In this document: positions 25,813-37,929 of the stretch, one piece after another
Numbering within the stretch: position 1 is the stretch's first letter
Layout: each line of letters begins with the position of its first letter
Assembly (NCBI RefSeq): GCF_036321535.1
Contig: NC_087437.1
Location: 60,266,001-60,330,000, forward strand
DNA from: Camelus dromedarius
Taxonomy: Eukaryota
Length of the DNA stretch: 64,000 nucleotides
Direction of reading: 5' to 3'
Position numbers and translations under genes: made by a program
Notes under the pieces: generated by a model
Databases searched by the model: none
What the model saw: only the letters and a program-made list of their open reading frames with translations
What the model was told of the DNA's origin: nothing

Positions 25813-28006
25813 CCTCTGGGTGCTCAGCCAAGACCTGTCCCCTGTACTTCCTCCTTTGCAGATGTGGAGAGTGAGGTGATGTAGGCAGAGAGAGAGAATT
25901 TAACTTGCTGTGAAGGGTTTAATAGTATGTTTCAACCTTATACTTCTACTTTATTATTACTGGATACCTAGTTCTCTGTTTGACTTTCAATGTTTATTAG
26001 AAATGATAGATGGAATGAATGCATAGACACACAGGTTCATTCAATAGACATTCACTGTGAGCCTTCCACTGATGAGGATGCTGAATAAGTAAGTCACTGG
26101 TCCATCAGAGCCTGGGAGATTTGCTTTCCCTGCCAACCATAGTCCAAGGAACAAGCTCAGTAACACCAATGCAAGGCACTGCTTAGGGAGCACCGGAGGA
26201 GAGGTGGTTTGCCCTGTATGGAGCAGGTCAGGGGTTGTAGAAGGAGACAGACTGGCAGATAGAGATCTATGTAACAGATACTGATCTTTTGCATATTTGG
26301 TAAAGGAGTTGAATTCAGCCTCCAGTACAGGTAGATGTTTATATCTAATCCACAACCATGAGGCAAGGGCCATGAGTAACAGGACCTCCCCAGGATTCAG
26401 TCTCAAAGTTTTGCCTCAGTCCACAATTATGCAGGCCTTTTCTCCACCTTATCTTTTTGTTGTTGTCTACCCTGCCAGTCAGATGCACTTGGCTTATTCA
26501 CAGCCTAAAATCCTCTGCCAAAGTCTTTCTCATCCCACTGAAGACAGAGACCTGCGGAAGGGAGACCAGGCTAAGCCAGGGGCGTGACTGAGCATCATTC
26601 AGGGACCACAGTGGGTCCCTTTCCACCAGGAGGCTGAGTGAGAGCTTGATAGGGGTGATAGTTACTCTGAGTCTCTTTGAATAGAAAGTCAGTTAGAAAA
26701 TGTGAAGCCCTTAGCTTACTATTCCTCTCTCCAGGTTGTCATTTACTTGTAAAGGGAGCACTATTCAAGCCTTAAATGGTAGCTTCTGGCCTCTGCAAAT
26801 ATGGGATCAGGTAACCCCCTGAGTATTTCAGCCTGTATTCTTACACCGAGGCTTGGGATCCCCGATGTTGGTTGTGGGCAGCCAGACACCAGCCCTGGAA
26901 TCGTTCCAGGGGAATGGCCCCATGTACTGAAGCTTTGGGGGTTTTGGTCCTCAGTGAATTTAATGCATCTCCTTTCTGAGGGCCTCACTCTATACTTACC
27001 AATTCAAAAGATGACAAATCTGTAAAAACATGATGAGACCTGAGTTTTCATTCCCAAGCTTGAGTCTCTACCTGGCAGCTCTTCCTGTATCTAGCCCAGC
27101 TGCTCTCAAAAGCCTTCTCTACTATGAGCTAATTCCTCTCTTGGCTCCTGTCTGTTAGTGGCCTTCCCCATTCCCCTGAGGCACCATATGCTTAATGATA
27201 TTCTATAAAGAGGACAAATTTCCCTTAGCTGTCCTCTAACTTTTGGAATGTACTATCCCTTCCACGGTGTCAAGAAAAAAACAAAAAACGAATTAAGCTC
27301 TAAGGCAGAAGGAGATCTAATGGACCTGTCTTTCCCAGAGAAGGGAAAACAAAGGCTCCAACCATGTGGCTCCTGAATCATCCCGCTGGGAGGTGATCAG
27401 TCCCAGCCCACTAACGAGCTCAAATTCGCCTATTCAGTGATTGTCCTTTGTTTAATTCTGCTCTGCTATCTGAATTGTCTTCCCCACTCCGCCTTCAGAC
27501 ACACTGAACCAGAAGTTCATCTGTGGGGCAAGAGATAGCAACTTGAACCTCTAGTCATCGTAAATCACCAAAGTGATGTCTCAAAATTCAAGGCAATATA
27601 AATCTGTGCTGTTTGGCTCATTATTAATTGCTATTACGAGAAACATTTCCAGTGCAGATTATTTTAAATATGAGAGTTCTTTATTATTGTCTCCTATCCA
27701 TTCAGATCATGGAGTGATTATTATTGAATATTAAGGGACTCCAATTATATTCACAAAACATGAGATTTTTCTGAAACTGTATTTCCAAATTATTGCTCTA
27801 GAGGAGATATAGATACAGTAATAAGTCAGTTTTAGGAGACGTGGCTTACCCTCCAAAACTTACATAATTGCACTGAAATTTTGGCTTTGTTCCTATCCAG
27901 ATACTGAGCTGAACGCTGACAAAACAATCCAGCCAATTCAAACTAAGATCTTATTTGACTGTTTTCCCTCCACTAAATTAGCACATTTCTCAGGCATCAT
28001 TCAGAA

Positions 28007-28190
28007 CAATAGTTCTCAATCCTGGCTGCAATTAGAATCATCTGGGGAGCTTAAAAAAAAAAAAAAATCAATGCCCAGGCCCCACTCCAAATCAATTAAA
28101 ATAGATTTTCTGGAGGTGGGCCTCAGGCATGGGAATTTTTATAAAGCTTCCCTGGTTATACCAACATGCAGCCATGGATGTGAATCATGT
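28007..28190. mobile_element. MER5A1/MER5B-like MITE
   Basis: 'agttctcaatcctggctgcaattagaatcatctggggagctt...atgcccaggccccactcc...aagcttccctggttat'. Confidence 0.85.
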
Positions 28191-29679
28191 TTTAAACACG
28201 AGCAAAATTAACGAGTATAAGTTTGGCTTGCATAACAACTATTAATTTAATATTTGGATAAAACTTAACATAGTCACACTTTAAGTCAAATAAAGCCAAA
28301 AGGAAGCTATATCTATAGGGTGAAAAGTAGAGACACTTGTTCCAATGCTACCTCGGTTAATCAGATTTTTGGAGGTCATAAAACAATAACATACAAACAA
28401 ATCTGGCCAAGTAAGTTTTAGCAACCAGTTTCCCATTTGGCATATTTCTAGTAGAGCCAGGGCTGTGTGACTGTGGGAGGCAGTCATGATTCACTCTTCA
28501 TTCTCTCCATTGAGGGAGCCTAGATGAAAGTGAACAGTCTGACAGCAGTACTGGGGAGTGGGGACAACTGAGATTAGACCCAGGACACAACCTTCTCACA
28601 CCGACATAGGGACAACAGAAGACTGTGGCATCTTCTTGAGAATTCCATGACAACCTGAAGCGTCCATCTCAAGGCTGTTTTCCTCCTCCGTCACATCCAC
28701 CCTTCCTACCCATCCCCAAAACATGCGCCCTGGGCCAATCCTGTAGGCAACTGTGTTTACTGGGCACAACCATGCTCCAGAAAAGACATCTTGGCTGCTG
28801 CAGGTCTGCAGCTTCCCTGCTGAGGCAGAGCCTGCTTTCCTGAATTTGTTTGCCAACTTCATGTGTCTCCAAAGTGTCCTTCTCACAGAGAGGTCTGATA
28901 GGTCTGATCTGCAAGCCTTATAACTTCTTCGTTGCTTTAAAAGAATGGAAGAAATGTCTGTTTCTAATTACCACATTTACAGCTCCCTTTTTTTCTCCTC
29001 TGGAAAACAGACCCAGCTCCTTTTTGAAAACTTGCAAATATTTCACATTTGTTTGAAGAGCAGATTTCTTTCCAGATTTTTAGAAAGCTGAAGTCAGTGA
29101 CACATGGCTGCTGAGTGATACTGTGGCTGAGTGCAAACATCACTCGTTCCCAGCACGGCCCAACCTGCCTTTTAGGCCATGCTGGGGGCAGGGAAAAGTG
29201 AGCCTGATGTGGAACAGTCCCAGGGCTGCTGGGAGCAGTACCTCAGTCTGCAGAGCCCTAACAGAACTGAAAGAGGCCTATGGTGGTCTGTCTTGAGCCC
29301 TGCCCCCACCCCACCCTGACTGTATCCCAGGCACAAGCTGATTCTAGTTCAGACCTCTATTTAGCATGAGACCACAGAAAAACCCAGGGCCACTTTTGGG
29401 AATAAAAATGGAACAGCATAGACCCTGGGATAACAGGCCTCTGGTCTGATTCTGAGTCTGGTCCAAGTTATCACTGGGCTCCATTAATCTGTTAGATCCT
29501 TTCCCATAAAGGGCACAGATAGAGCAAGATCTAGACTCGGGTAACTGGCTGCTGAGGACAGGTGCTTCAGGATCCTGCTCATTGTTATAATCACCTTGGT
29601 CACCAGGTTAAGTCTTCATCTGTGCATATTTATGATGATCAAGTGTCATGAGGATTGCAAGACTATTTAATATAAACAT

Positions 29680-29836
29680 GAGAACATTAGCACTAGAAGG
29701 AACCTCTTATGTTACAGAGGAGACTGTAAGACTCAGCCAAGAGAAATGACTTTCTCAAGATCACACACTAGTTAATAATGTCAGAGGTAGGATGAGAACC
29801 CAGAAATCTTAACTCCCAAACGATGCTCTCTGCCAC
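29680..29836 (-). mobile_element. MIR SINE
   Basis: 'tacagaggagactgtaagactcag...gactttctcaagatcacacactagttaat...gaacccagaaatcttaactccc'. Confidence 0.75.
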
Positions 29837-31743
29837 CCTTTGCTTTCGGATTTTAATGAGAACCAGAATATATGTATAAGTTGAGGAACATATTCTTTTC
29901 CCAGAAGAGAAGACTGCTTTGGGAAATAACATTATCAATAGAATGTTATTTGGGATTTCAGAGGGCCAGTCCCAGAGAGAAAGGGATGAATCCAAGAGTC
30001 AGGGGTGCAAGAAGCCATGCTGTGAAATCCATGCAGAGAGACACTTGCCCCCACTTCGGGTGCAGGGAAGACCAAAGCAGCCGGGAAACTTTCTGCAGCT
30101 CTACAGACAGTCAATAAAGAGCCAGGAAAGAAGCATGACTCCAAGAGGAACCCAAATCCCTGAGTTAGAAAGGGAATTATTCTGAGAAAGAAGGGAGAAA
30201 CCAACAGAGGGAAAAGTTAATCCCTTCTTAACTGCTCTTTGTTCTGAACACAAGTAGGAGGAATTTCCAGCCCAGAACCCCCAGTGAGAAAAGTCTGGTC
30301 AGTTGATTTATTTAACCAACAGCGGATCCAAGAGAGGAGACCGGCAGGGACTTAAAGGGACATGGCCATTTTATGGGGGGAAAAAAAAACCTGGCTGCAG
30401 GAATGAAACTGCAGTTGTGTCTATTCCCAGCTCAGTCAGAGACGTGGTCAGGAGGGAAAAGATGCCCTTGATGCCAGGCATGGGGGGCAGGAAGCAAAGT
30501 TCTCAGGGGCTGCTGGCAGGCTGTCTCTCCCACTATGGAAAAATACAAGCAAGGAAGTTTGAACTTGGCTCTTGAAAAGGCTCATTTTGTGTATCAGTAT
30601 AACGTGAGCACCCAGCAACCCCCGGGGCTTGTTCTCTGGTGACTTGCCCCTTCCATGGCTCTGGAGACTGCCAAAAAGGGCTGGCCACTGAGAGCCCAAG
30701 CCTGGGTGTCCTCTAGTTCCAATCAAAGAAAGACATGGAGGGTGACAAGACTGTGTCTGAAGTCCTGGAAGTGGGGCCTGGGGCTTGCTCCCCTTCTCCA
30801 CATGGGAGCCAGAGTCATGTTTGATGAGATCCCTAATGAAATCTTGGTAACAAAGAAAAGGAGCTAAGAAGGAGATTTCTAAGACAATAATGAGATTTAT
30901 GTCAAATCAGGAGTGAGTTGGAGGTCACCAAAGTGGAGTTCTAAGGAGCTGCTCAGACACAAAACAGTGGGTTTGCATGGGTCAGGACTCTGATGGACAT
31001 TTTTCCCCATGGTGGGTTCAGGTCAGCTGCCCCAGAATGTCCTCACTGAGGGCCCTTCCTCCCCATCCCAGAGCAGGCATCAGGCTTGAGAGCTACATTC
31101 TAGAGACTGGGAATGGAATGGTCCTCAGTTCTGGCCACTGTGCTAGGGAAAGCTCTCCCACCCCTGCTAGTCATTCCCAGATCTGAAAAACAGAGCCGTA
31201 GAGCCAGCATTTAACATGAAAGGGCACAGTTACCCTCTCAAGGACCCGGACGAAGGATGGGCACTGTTATGAAGACCTACACAGAGAGAGGACTAAGGGG
31301 CAAAAGGAAAGTTCTGCCTGCCCTTGGGGCGGTGACCACTCCCCACTGCCTGCGCAGCAGCAGGAGGTACCAGTTCCGTTCCACACAAGTCCTGAGTTGG
31401 AGAGCACTGGAGGCCTCACAGCTGTAAAGTCCCACCCTGAGGAAGTCCCAGGGCCCTTTGGTGACAGATCTCATTAGTCCGTCAGCACAGGTGTATCTCA
31501 CATCTGCTCTGTGACTAGCTCTGGGTGCCACAGGGAAACAGCAGGGAGGAAGACGGGCACAGCCCCCCACCCCAGGAGTTTATATTCTAGTGAGAAAAAT
31601 AGACAGCAAATCAAAAATGATGTGAAGGAGCAAAGGGAGAGTCTAAGTGGCCTGGAGGGTCAGGGAAGGCCTCCGGAGGGAAGGGACATAAATCTGAGAT
31701 CTGAGGATGAAAAGGAGTTAGACAAATTGGGGGTGGCAAGGAC

Positions 31744-32190
31744 TGTGAATTGTCCCTCAATAGCTACCTCCTCTTCTATAATCACAGAGTTTTCAGTTGA
31801 GTATGTGACTTCCCAGAAAACAGCTACATTTCCCAGCCCCTCTTACAGCTAGATATGACTATGTGACCACATTCTGGCCTATGGAAAATGAGAAAATGTG
31901 GTGTATAAACTCCTGGCTTTGGGGAAGCATCTTGCCTGCCTTCGGCCCCTGTACCCCTTCTACTAGTTGCAACATGGCAGTGGCAGGGAGACTTCTCAGA
32001 AGCATTCAAAGGAAGGTAACACCCTTGGTGATGAGATAGAAGGTACCTGGGCCTTGGATGTCCTCTCAGACCGGAGCTGCCATCCAGCTGGGAGTTTTAC
32101 ATGAGAGAGAAATGAGCTTCCATCTCGTTTAAGCCGCTGTTATTTTGGTCCCTTTGTTACAACAACCAAAGTAATATCCTAACTAATACA
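31744..32190 (+). mobile_element. MLT1 (I/J-like) solo LTR
   Basis: 'ctacatttcccagcccctcttacagctagatatgactatgtgaccacattctggcc'; ends 'tttaagccgctgttattttgg...tcctaactaataca'. Confidence 0.85.
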
Positions 32191-32199
32191 CAGTGTGAG

Positions 32200-32420
32200 G
32201 GAACAGCAAGGTGTTTCTTTTCATTTGATTCATTTGATCGTCCCAGGAACCCAGTAAGTTGGGGATTATTATCAGCATTTTGCTGTAACAGAATCTGAGG
32301 CTGAGAGAGAACTGTCTTGTCCGAGGTCCCATGGTGGTGAAGCCATGAAGCCAAGAACTCACAACTCAGGTCTTCATCCTTCCTAGGCTCTGGAACGTGC
32401 AGTAGGCTGCGCTGCCTCCC
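32200..32420 (-). mobile_element. MIR SINE
   Basis: 'attattatcagcattttgc...gaatctgaggctgagagaga...cttgtccgaggtccca'. Confidence 0.65.
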
Positions 32421-33699
32421 TCTCTCTAGAATGGCTTTCGATGCTTCTTCCCTTTGTGGGGTGAGTTGTCACCAGACCATTCACACCACGTCTTCCTCCC
32501 CCTCCCCCTCCCCTAGGCCAGTCCAGGCACGGCTCATGGTCTTGCTGGCACAGGCCCTGACCAGCCCCAGCACTAGGTTCTGTACCTACATGACATGGTG
32601 ATTTGGGGTCAAGGATATAAGATTGTTACCACTTTTCTTAGGGGAGCTCTTCAGTTTTCTTCTAAAAGGGAATACTTGGAATAATCCTCCCTCCCCCAGC
32701 TTAAACTGCCTTCCTTTGTGCAAAGGATCCAGGAGTTCTGGAAGACATTAGCCCTTATAGAGAGCCCGGGGACCCTCTGCTCCTTCGTGATGGCAAGTTG
32801 CTTCTCTTCTTATTGCCACGGTCTAGACGTCTCAGCAGCAGCAGCCCTGCTCCTCCAGGCTCTCCTCGGGACACTGCGTAAGAACAATTCTGTTACTTTA
32901 TCTTTTGTCAGCCCTTTGACTGATGGTATGGGATATTGTGGACTAAGCCATGTTCACACAAATCCTCAGTCGCTGTTTTCCTACTGAGGCGCCCCTTGGG
33001 TTATGAATCACCTCCGAGGTACAGCATCTGAATAATTCAGATTTTTGAATATTGATTTTTATTCCTCACAGCGAGGAGTCAGCTTTACATATGCATGTGG
33101 CTCGATCGGGCCATCGTGTGCCTCAGATGCCTGTAACTTGCAAAGATTTCATGACCAAAGCCGGGGAGGCCAGGATGCAGCGCCCTGGGAAGCCTACTGC
33201 TTAGTGCTGGACCTGGGAGGGTAGAGTACAGGTCTGGCCCCGGGAGTCATCTCAAATAAGCCAAAACCACATCGCTAAAAGTGGCCTCATCCAATGCCTT
33301 CCTCTTTCCTTTCATGAAGCTCCCTTCATGGGCCTTTGTTGCTACCCACCAGGGACATCTGAAAATCAGGCTCCTCTCTTAGTACTGCTGTTTCTCTCTA
33401 ATTACTTTTCTCTGGCATTGCTGTATTTGCTTTGAGACAGGCAGCTGCTCTAAGTTGGTAATAATTCTGAGGCACCCAGAGGATTCCTTAAAATGTTTTG
33501 GAAATCTTCACAAAAGACTGTTGGGACTCTCGGATAACCCTTTCCTCTCCCCACCCCACACCCTCTCCCTGGGTGATGGGCACACTCCACTGTTTCGACC
33601 TCTGCCTTGGTCTCTTGGAGGCCCCTGGGTCCGTGTCATGACCAATTCCCTTCCTTGAGCTTCCGACCCACATCCATCTTCCTTGTGGATCAGCCTGGA

Positions 33700-34740
33700 T
33701 GGCCCACAGGCCCTCAAACTCCACATGCCCCCGATGTGACTCATTGTCTTCACCCCCGTGCCTGCTCCTTAGGCTGTTCTTGTTATCAGGCTGGGTTGAT
33801 GGTATCTCCACCCACCCAGTCACCTAAATCTGAAACCTGAAAGCCAGTGTAGACATCCAGTCACTGAGTTCTGGCAGCTACTCTTTAACATCTTTGATGT
33901 CTATTCTCTCTATCTACTTTCCAAATATGTCCCAGATAGTGTCCTAACTGATCTCTCTTGTAGCATCCTTGTTCCTCCAATCCATTTTCTACACTGAAGT
34001 CAGAGTAATCTTCTACAATGCAACTCTGATCATCGCGGGATTTTAGGATTCTTTCAAAGGCTCCCTCCTGCCCTCGAGGTAAAATCCAATTTCCTTAGCA
34101 GGGCCTTGTCTCCCGCTCTATCTTTCCCTCCCACTCCCCAGACAGGATACCCACGAACTGCTGTGTTCTCACACCTCTGGGCTTCTGCCTGTGTCATCCC
34201 CCTGCATAGAATGGCCTTCCTCCATCTTCTGACCTGGACAATTTCCTCAGCCCTCAGTTCAGGCATCTCTGTTTTCCAGGAGCCTTCCTGACCCCCCAGC
34301 ACCTCACAGCGGCCTCAGCACATTGTCAGAGCACTCATGCTAGCGTGTGACTTTGTAACAGTGAAATATTTCATCAAATGGGTTGTAGCTCAGTTCAGGA
34401 GGATTGTGAACACCAGCTCAGCCTCCTGCTTCTCGATTTCCTTCCAAGGGTCAGAGTTGGTGAGGAGCTGTGATTCAGGTGCCAGGTGAGACAGAGAAGT
34501 CCCCATACACCTAAAAGTTCTGAATAAAGTTGCTGTGAAACTGTCATGGTGACAGTGTTTGCTTGTTTCCCTTTCTGGAGAAAATGTCTACAAGCCAGTG
34601 GCCAATTTGCCACATATGTTGATGACTAGCTAGTGAGCTAGTCTGGGAGCTTCTGAAAGGCAGAAATTGTGTCTTATTTGTTTTGTCCTACAGTCTGGCA
34701 GTATATCTAACTCAGGGTAGGTGCTCATTAAATGTTGCAA
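33700..34740 (+). mobile_element. L2 LINE 3' region, interrupted at about 34350-34623 by the left arm of the inverted duplication
   Basis: L2 motifs 'ctcaaactccacatg', 'atccagtcactgagttctg', 'tccaatccattttctacactgaagtcagagtaatcttcta', 'ccaggagccttcctgacc'; the tail resumes 'gagcttctgaaaggcagaaattgtgtcttattt...gtaggtgctcattaaatgttg'. Confidence 0.75.
34351..34622 (-). repeat. Left arm of a long inverted repeat
   Basis: Reverse complement aligns to 35737-36029; also visible as near-identical ORF translations (34395..34613 minus vs 35710..35982 plus). Confidence 0.97.
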
Positions 34741-35399
34741 CAATGAGACTTTGGGGAACCCTAGGACACCATGGTCACTTTCTCCCAAGAATTTCATCTT
34801 TCTATTTCTATTCCACCATTTTTTTTGTATTGGTGAAACTTAACACCAGTTTAGGCCAATAAAAGCAGTTCCCTTAAGTTTTTCCTCTGGGAATATTAAT
34901 ATATTAATTCATTTAGCCACCCATTAATCAGTCACTTCATTTAACAAATATGAAATGCCAGTCCCTGTGTTAGGCACTGGGGATATGAAGCTAAGTGACA
35001 CCTGATAGTCTCTGTCCTCAGATAGCTAAAACAAAATGCTGTGATCAATGCTAGTGGATGAGGGAGGTGGGAGTAGTGAACGCTATGTTGGAACCTCTCC
35101 TTCGAGGTTCCCCTAACCAACGTTCTCTCCCTGCCCCTGGATCATGGTTGCCTGTAGTTCTGCTCCTCCCACGAGACCTCAGTCCTTGAGGGCAGAGGCT
35201 ATGCCGTTCATCTTTGTAGTCATTTGTTCAGCAAATATTTATTAAATGCCTACTGTATGTAAGAGCCTTTTAGGTGCTATGGAGACCGCACATAAAAATA
35301 CAGACTAAACTCTCTGTCCTCATAGAGTTTACAACGTGCCAACACAGTGCTTGGTTCCTACACAGGCTCTGGAAGAATATTTGTTAAAAGAATGGAGGG

Positions 35400-35700
35400 G
35401 GGATTCCACATGATACAAACACTGTCGTCAGATTTCTGGAGGGTGGCCATGGGAAGAGAAACACACGTGTTCAAGGATATTTCAAAGGACAGAGCTAGGA
35501 CCGATGCAGGTACATTGCATGAGAACTGGTTTGGGAAAATTAGAAAAACTTTTCTGTTAGTAAAAGCTGTTTCATGGTAAGATACATTGATGGTAAATAA
35601 ATGATAACATAGAAGCTTATAGAAGAGATTCCTACACTGGGTTCAATGAGGTTAAGCCAAATGACCTTGTATTCCTTTCCAAATCTGAAATGTCATCATT
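35400..35700 (+). mobile_element. L3/CR1 3' region
   Basis: 'aaggacagagctaggaccgatg...gaaaaacttttctgttagtaaaagctgtt...aatgaccttgtattcctttccaaatctgaaat'. Confidence 0.55.
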
Positions 35701-35736
35701 TGAAAACACTTGAAGTTTGTCCAGAATGTTCAGCTG

Positions 35737-36029
35737 TCAACATATGTGGCAAATTGGCTACTGACTTGTGGACATTTTCTCCAGAAAGGGAAACAAGCAA
35801 ACACTGTCACCAAGACAGTTTCACAGCAACTTTACCCAGAACTTTTGGGTGTGTGGGGACTTTTTTGTCTCACCTGGCACCTGAATCACAGCTCATCACC
35901 AACTCTGACCCTTGGGAGGAAATCAAGGAGCAGGAGGCTGACCTGGTGTTCACAAAAGGAGAGAAATTCACAATCCACCTGAACTGAGTTACAGTCTATT
36001 TGATTGAATATTATTTAGCTGTTATAAAG
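35737..36029 (+). repeat. Right arm of a long inverted repeat
   Basis: See left arm. There are 15 substitutions over 35737-35955, then an 18-bp indel, then a more diverged outer part of about 55 bp. Confidence 0.97.
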
Positions 36030-36400
36030 AATAAAGTGTGTATATATATATGATATATCAAATTACAAGAGAACAAATTAGATAATACCATATATCATAT
36101 GATCACTTCATACTTTTTTAGAAAGAATATATGTAAGTACATACGCATAATTTTTCTGGATGGAATTATAAGAAACAATAGTAGTTGTTTACTTTGAGGG
36201 GCGTAGTTATTTATTATGGACAGAGGGAATGGGAGACGGTGACTTTCAATTTTCATTTTGTGTATTTCTATATTGTGTCTGTTTTCTAACACCCCACCTT
36301 CTTAATGCCAATGATTTTACCAGGATCATGGGATTAGACTAAGTTTTTACTTCTTCTTTATAGTTTTCTATTAAAAAAAGTAAATCTAATAATATTTTTA
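36000..36400 (+). mobile_element. Old L1 (L1ME-like) 3' fragment
   Basis: 'gaatattatttagctgttataaagaat...tctggatggaattataagaaacaatagtagttgtttactttgaggg'. Confidence 0.6.
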
Positions 36401-37929
36401 ATCCCCTAGAGGCTAGAGAAAATGGGACAGGGACCAACCTGGCCACCCTCAAGACAGATTTTACTAGCTCCAATTCTCAACATGAGAAACTAGAGTCAAG
36501 GAAGCAGAGGGCTGGGGGAAGGGAGAGCCTCTTGCTTGAGATCATTTTGTAAAAAGATGTCTGAGCCATGACAAGAGGCCAGACCTTTTGGGGTCCAGCA
36601 TGACTCCTCAACAACACCAATAAGGGGAAAAGAAAAGGGTGGTAGGGAAGGGAGTTAACACTTGCAGAAGACCTCCTTGCACAGGCATTTTATACATTCA
36701 CCAGACAATCCATCTTACCCTGAGCTTTCCTAAATTAAAAGTTGTAAAGCAGGCACAGAGGTTGACTTTCTGGACCCAGAAAAAAACATGATAAAAATGG
36801 TACCCACACAAACTCCCTCACCATATATCCTAGGATTCTCATTTTGCCTAGGGATCCTATTTATTACAGAGATGCGTTTGTGAACACAATGCTGGTGTCT
36901 AGAAGCAACATTTTATATAGTGATAACTGAAGAGGGCATGCTCTGGGCAAGGAAGGGTTAACTTGGGAGTCAGGGCCTGGTGCCAGTCGAGAGGTTCAGA
37001 GCAGTGTTTATGGCCACTTTGATGTTCTGGTTCTACCTTTTGAACCTGAGTGGAAGGGCTTCTCTCCGACTTCCTGGCTCAGCTCTCTTTTGCATCCCTT
37101 GATTTTAATCTCTGTATTCCTCCCTTTGGACTGGTAGGTAACCTGACTTTGGTTCTCAATTGCTTGTGAGATAGAGTTAGGGACTTCAGGGACAGCAGTT
37201 GGGGTTTGGAATAGCCAGCATGGGGAATGGGACCCAAGGCCAACTGATAAGCCTCATTATTCTTCTGGCTCTCTTGGGATCTCCAGTTTTTCTGGGACTG
37301 ATGGGTCACGCAGGATAGATTTCACAAGAGGAGCTCACACCTCACCTATTTCCCATGAACAGAGGGCTTGCCAGACCAGTGGGCAAAAGCAAGCCCATTT
37401 CCTAGTGGGATATCTTCTCACCATTTGGGGCCCCCTCCCAGGTGGGCAAGATCTGAGACATCACCGAATTGGTTGTGTCTCCCCTATCTTTCATACCAGC
37501 TCTGATCAAAGGCAGGCGGTGGAGGTTATGCCTATTGCATTTCAGTTAAGGTGATGACTTTGATTAGAATCACAGGTGGGAAAGTTCAAGGGGTAGAAAA
37601 TGAAAAGGCATCCTGTGAGCAAAGTCCTTCTGCTGGAGAGAGGCGTGAACCTTTTATCCAGGTGCCAACATTTTCATACCACTGAAGATTAGAGGTGGAT
37701 GTCATTTCATTTGCAGGTAAGAGCAGGGACTGGTGTGTCACAGGGACTGTGATTTTCCAGTGACTCAGCCTGCGCCCTTTGAGGAGAGATCTCAGAGAGG
37801 GAGAAGGGGAGAAGATGAGCTTGCTTTCCCGGCGTTCAAGTTGTGGTTGCTGCTGCCACTTGTTTTAGAAATCAGGTGTCAGGAGTTGAATTAATCTGAC
37901 TCCTTGGTTCATGGATATTAGCATCACTG

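Noticed and set aside
35646..35987. Paired similar ORFs (34395..34613 minus; 35710..35982 and 35646..35987 plus) that look like a duplicated small gene or toxin-antitoxin pair
   Set aside because: The similarity comes entirely from the DNA inverted repeat; the ORFs use non-ATG starts or arbitrary frames and encode no recognisable protein.
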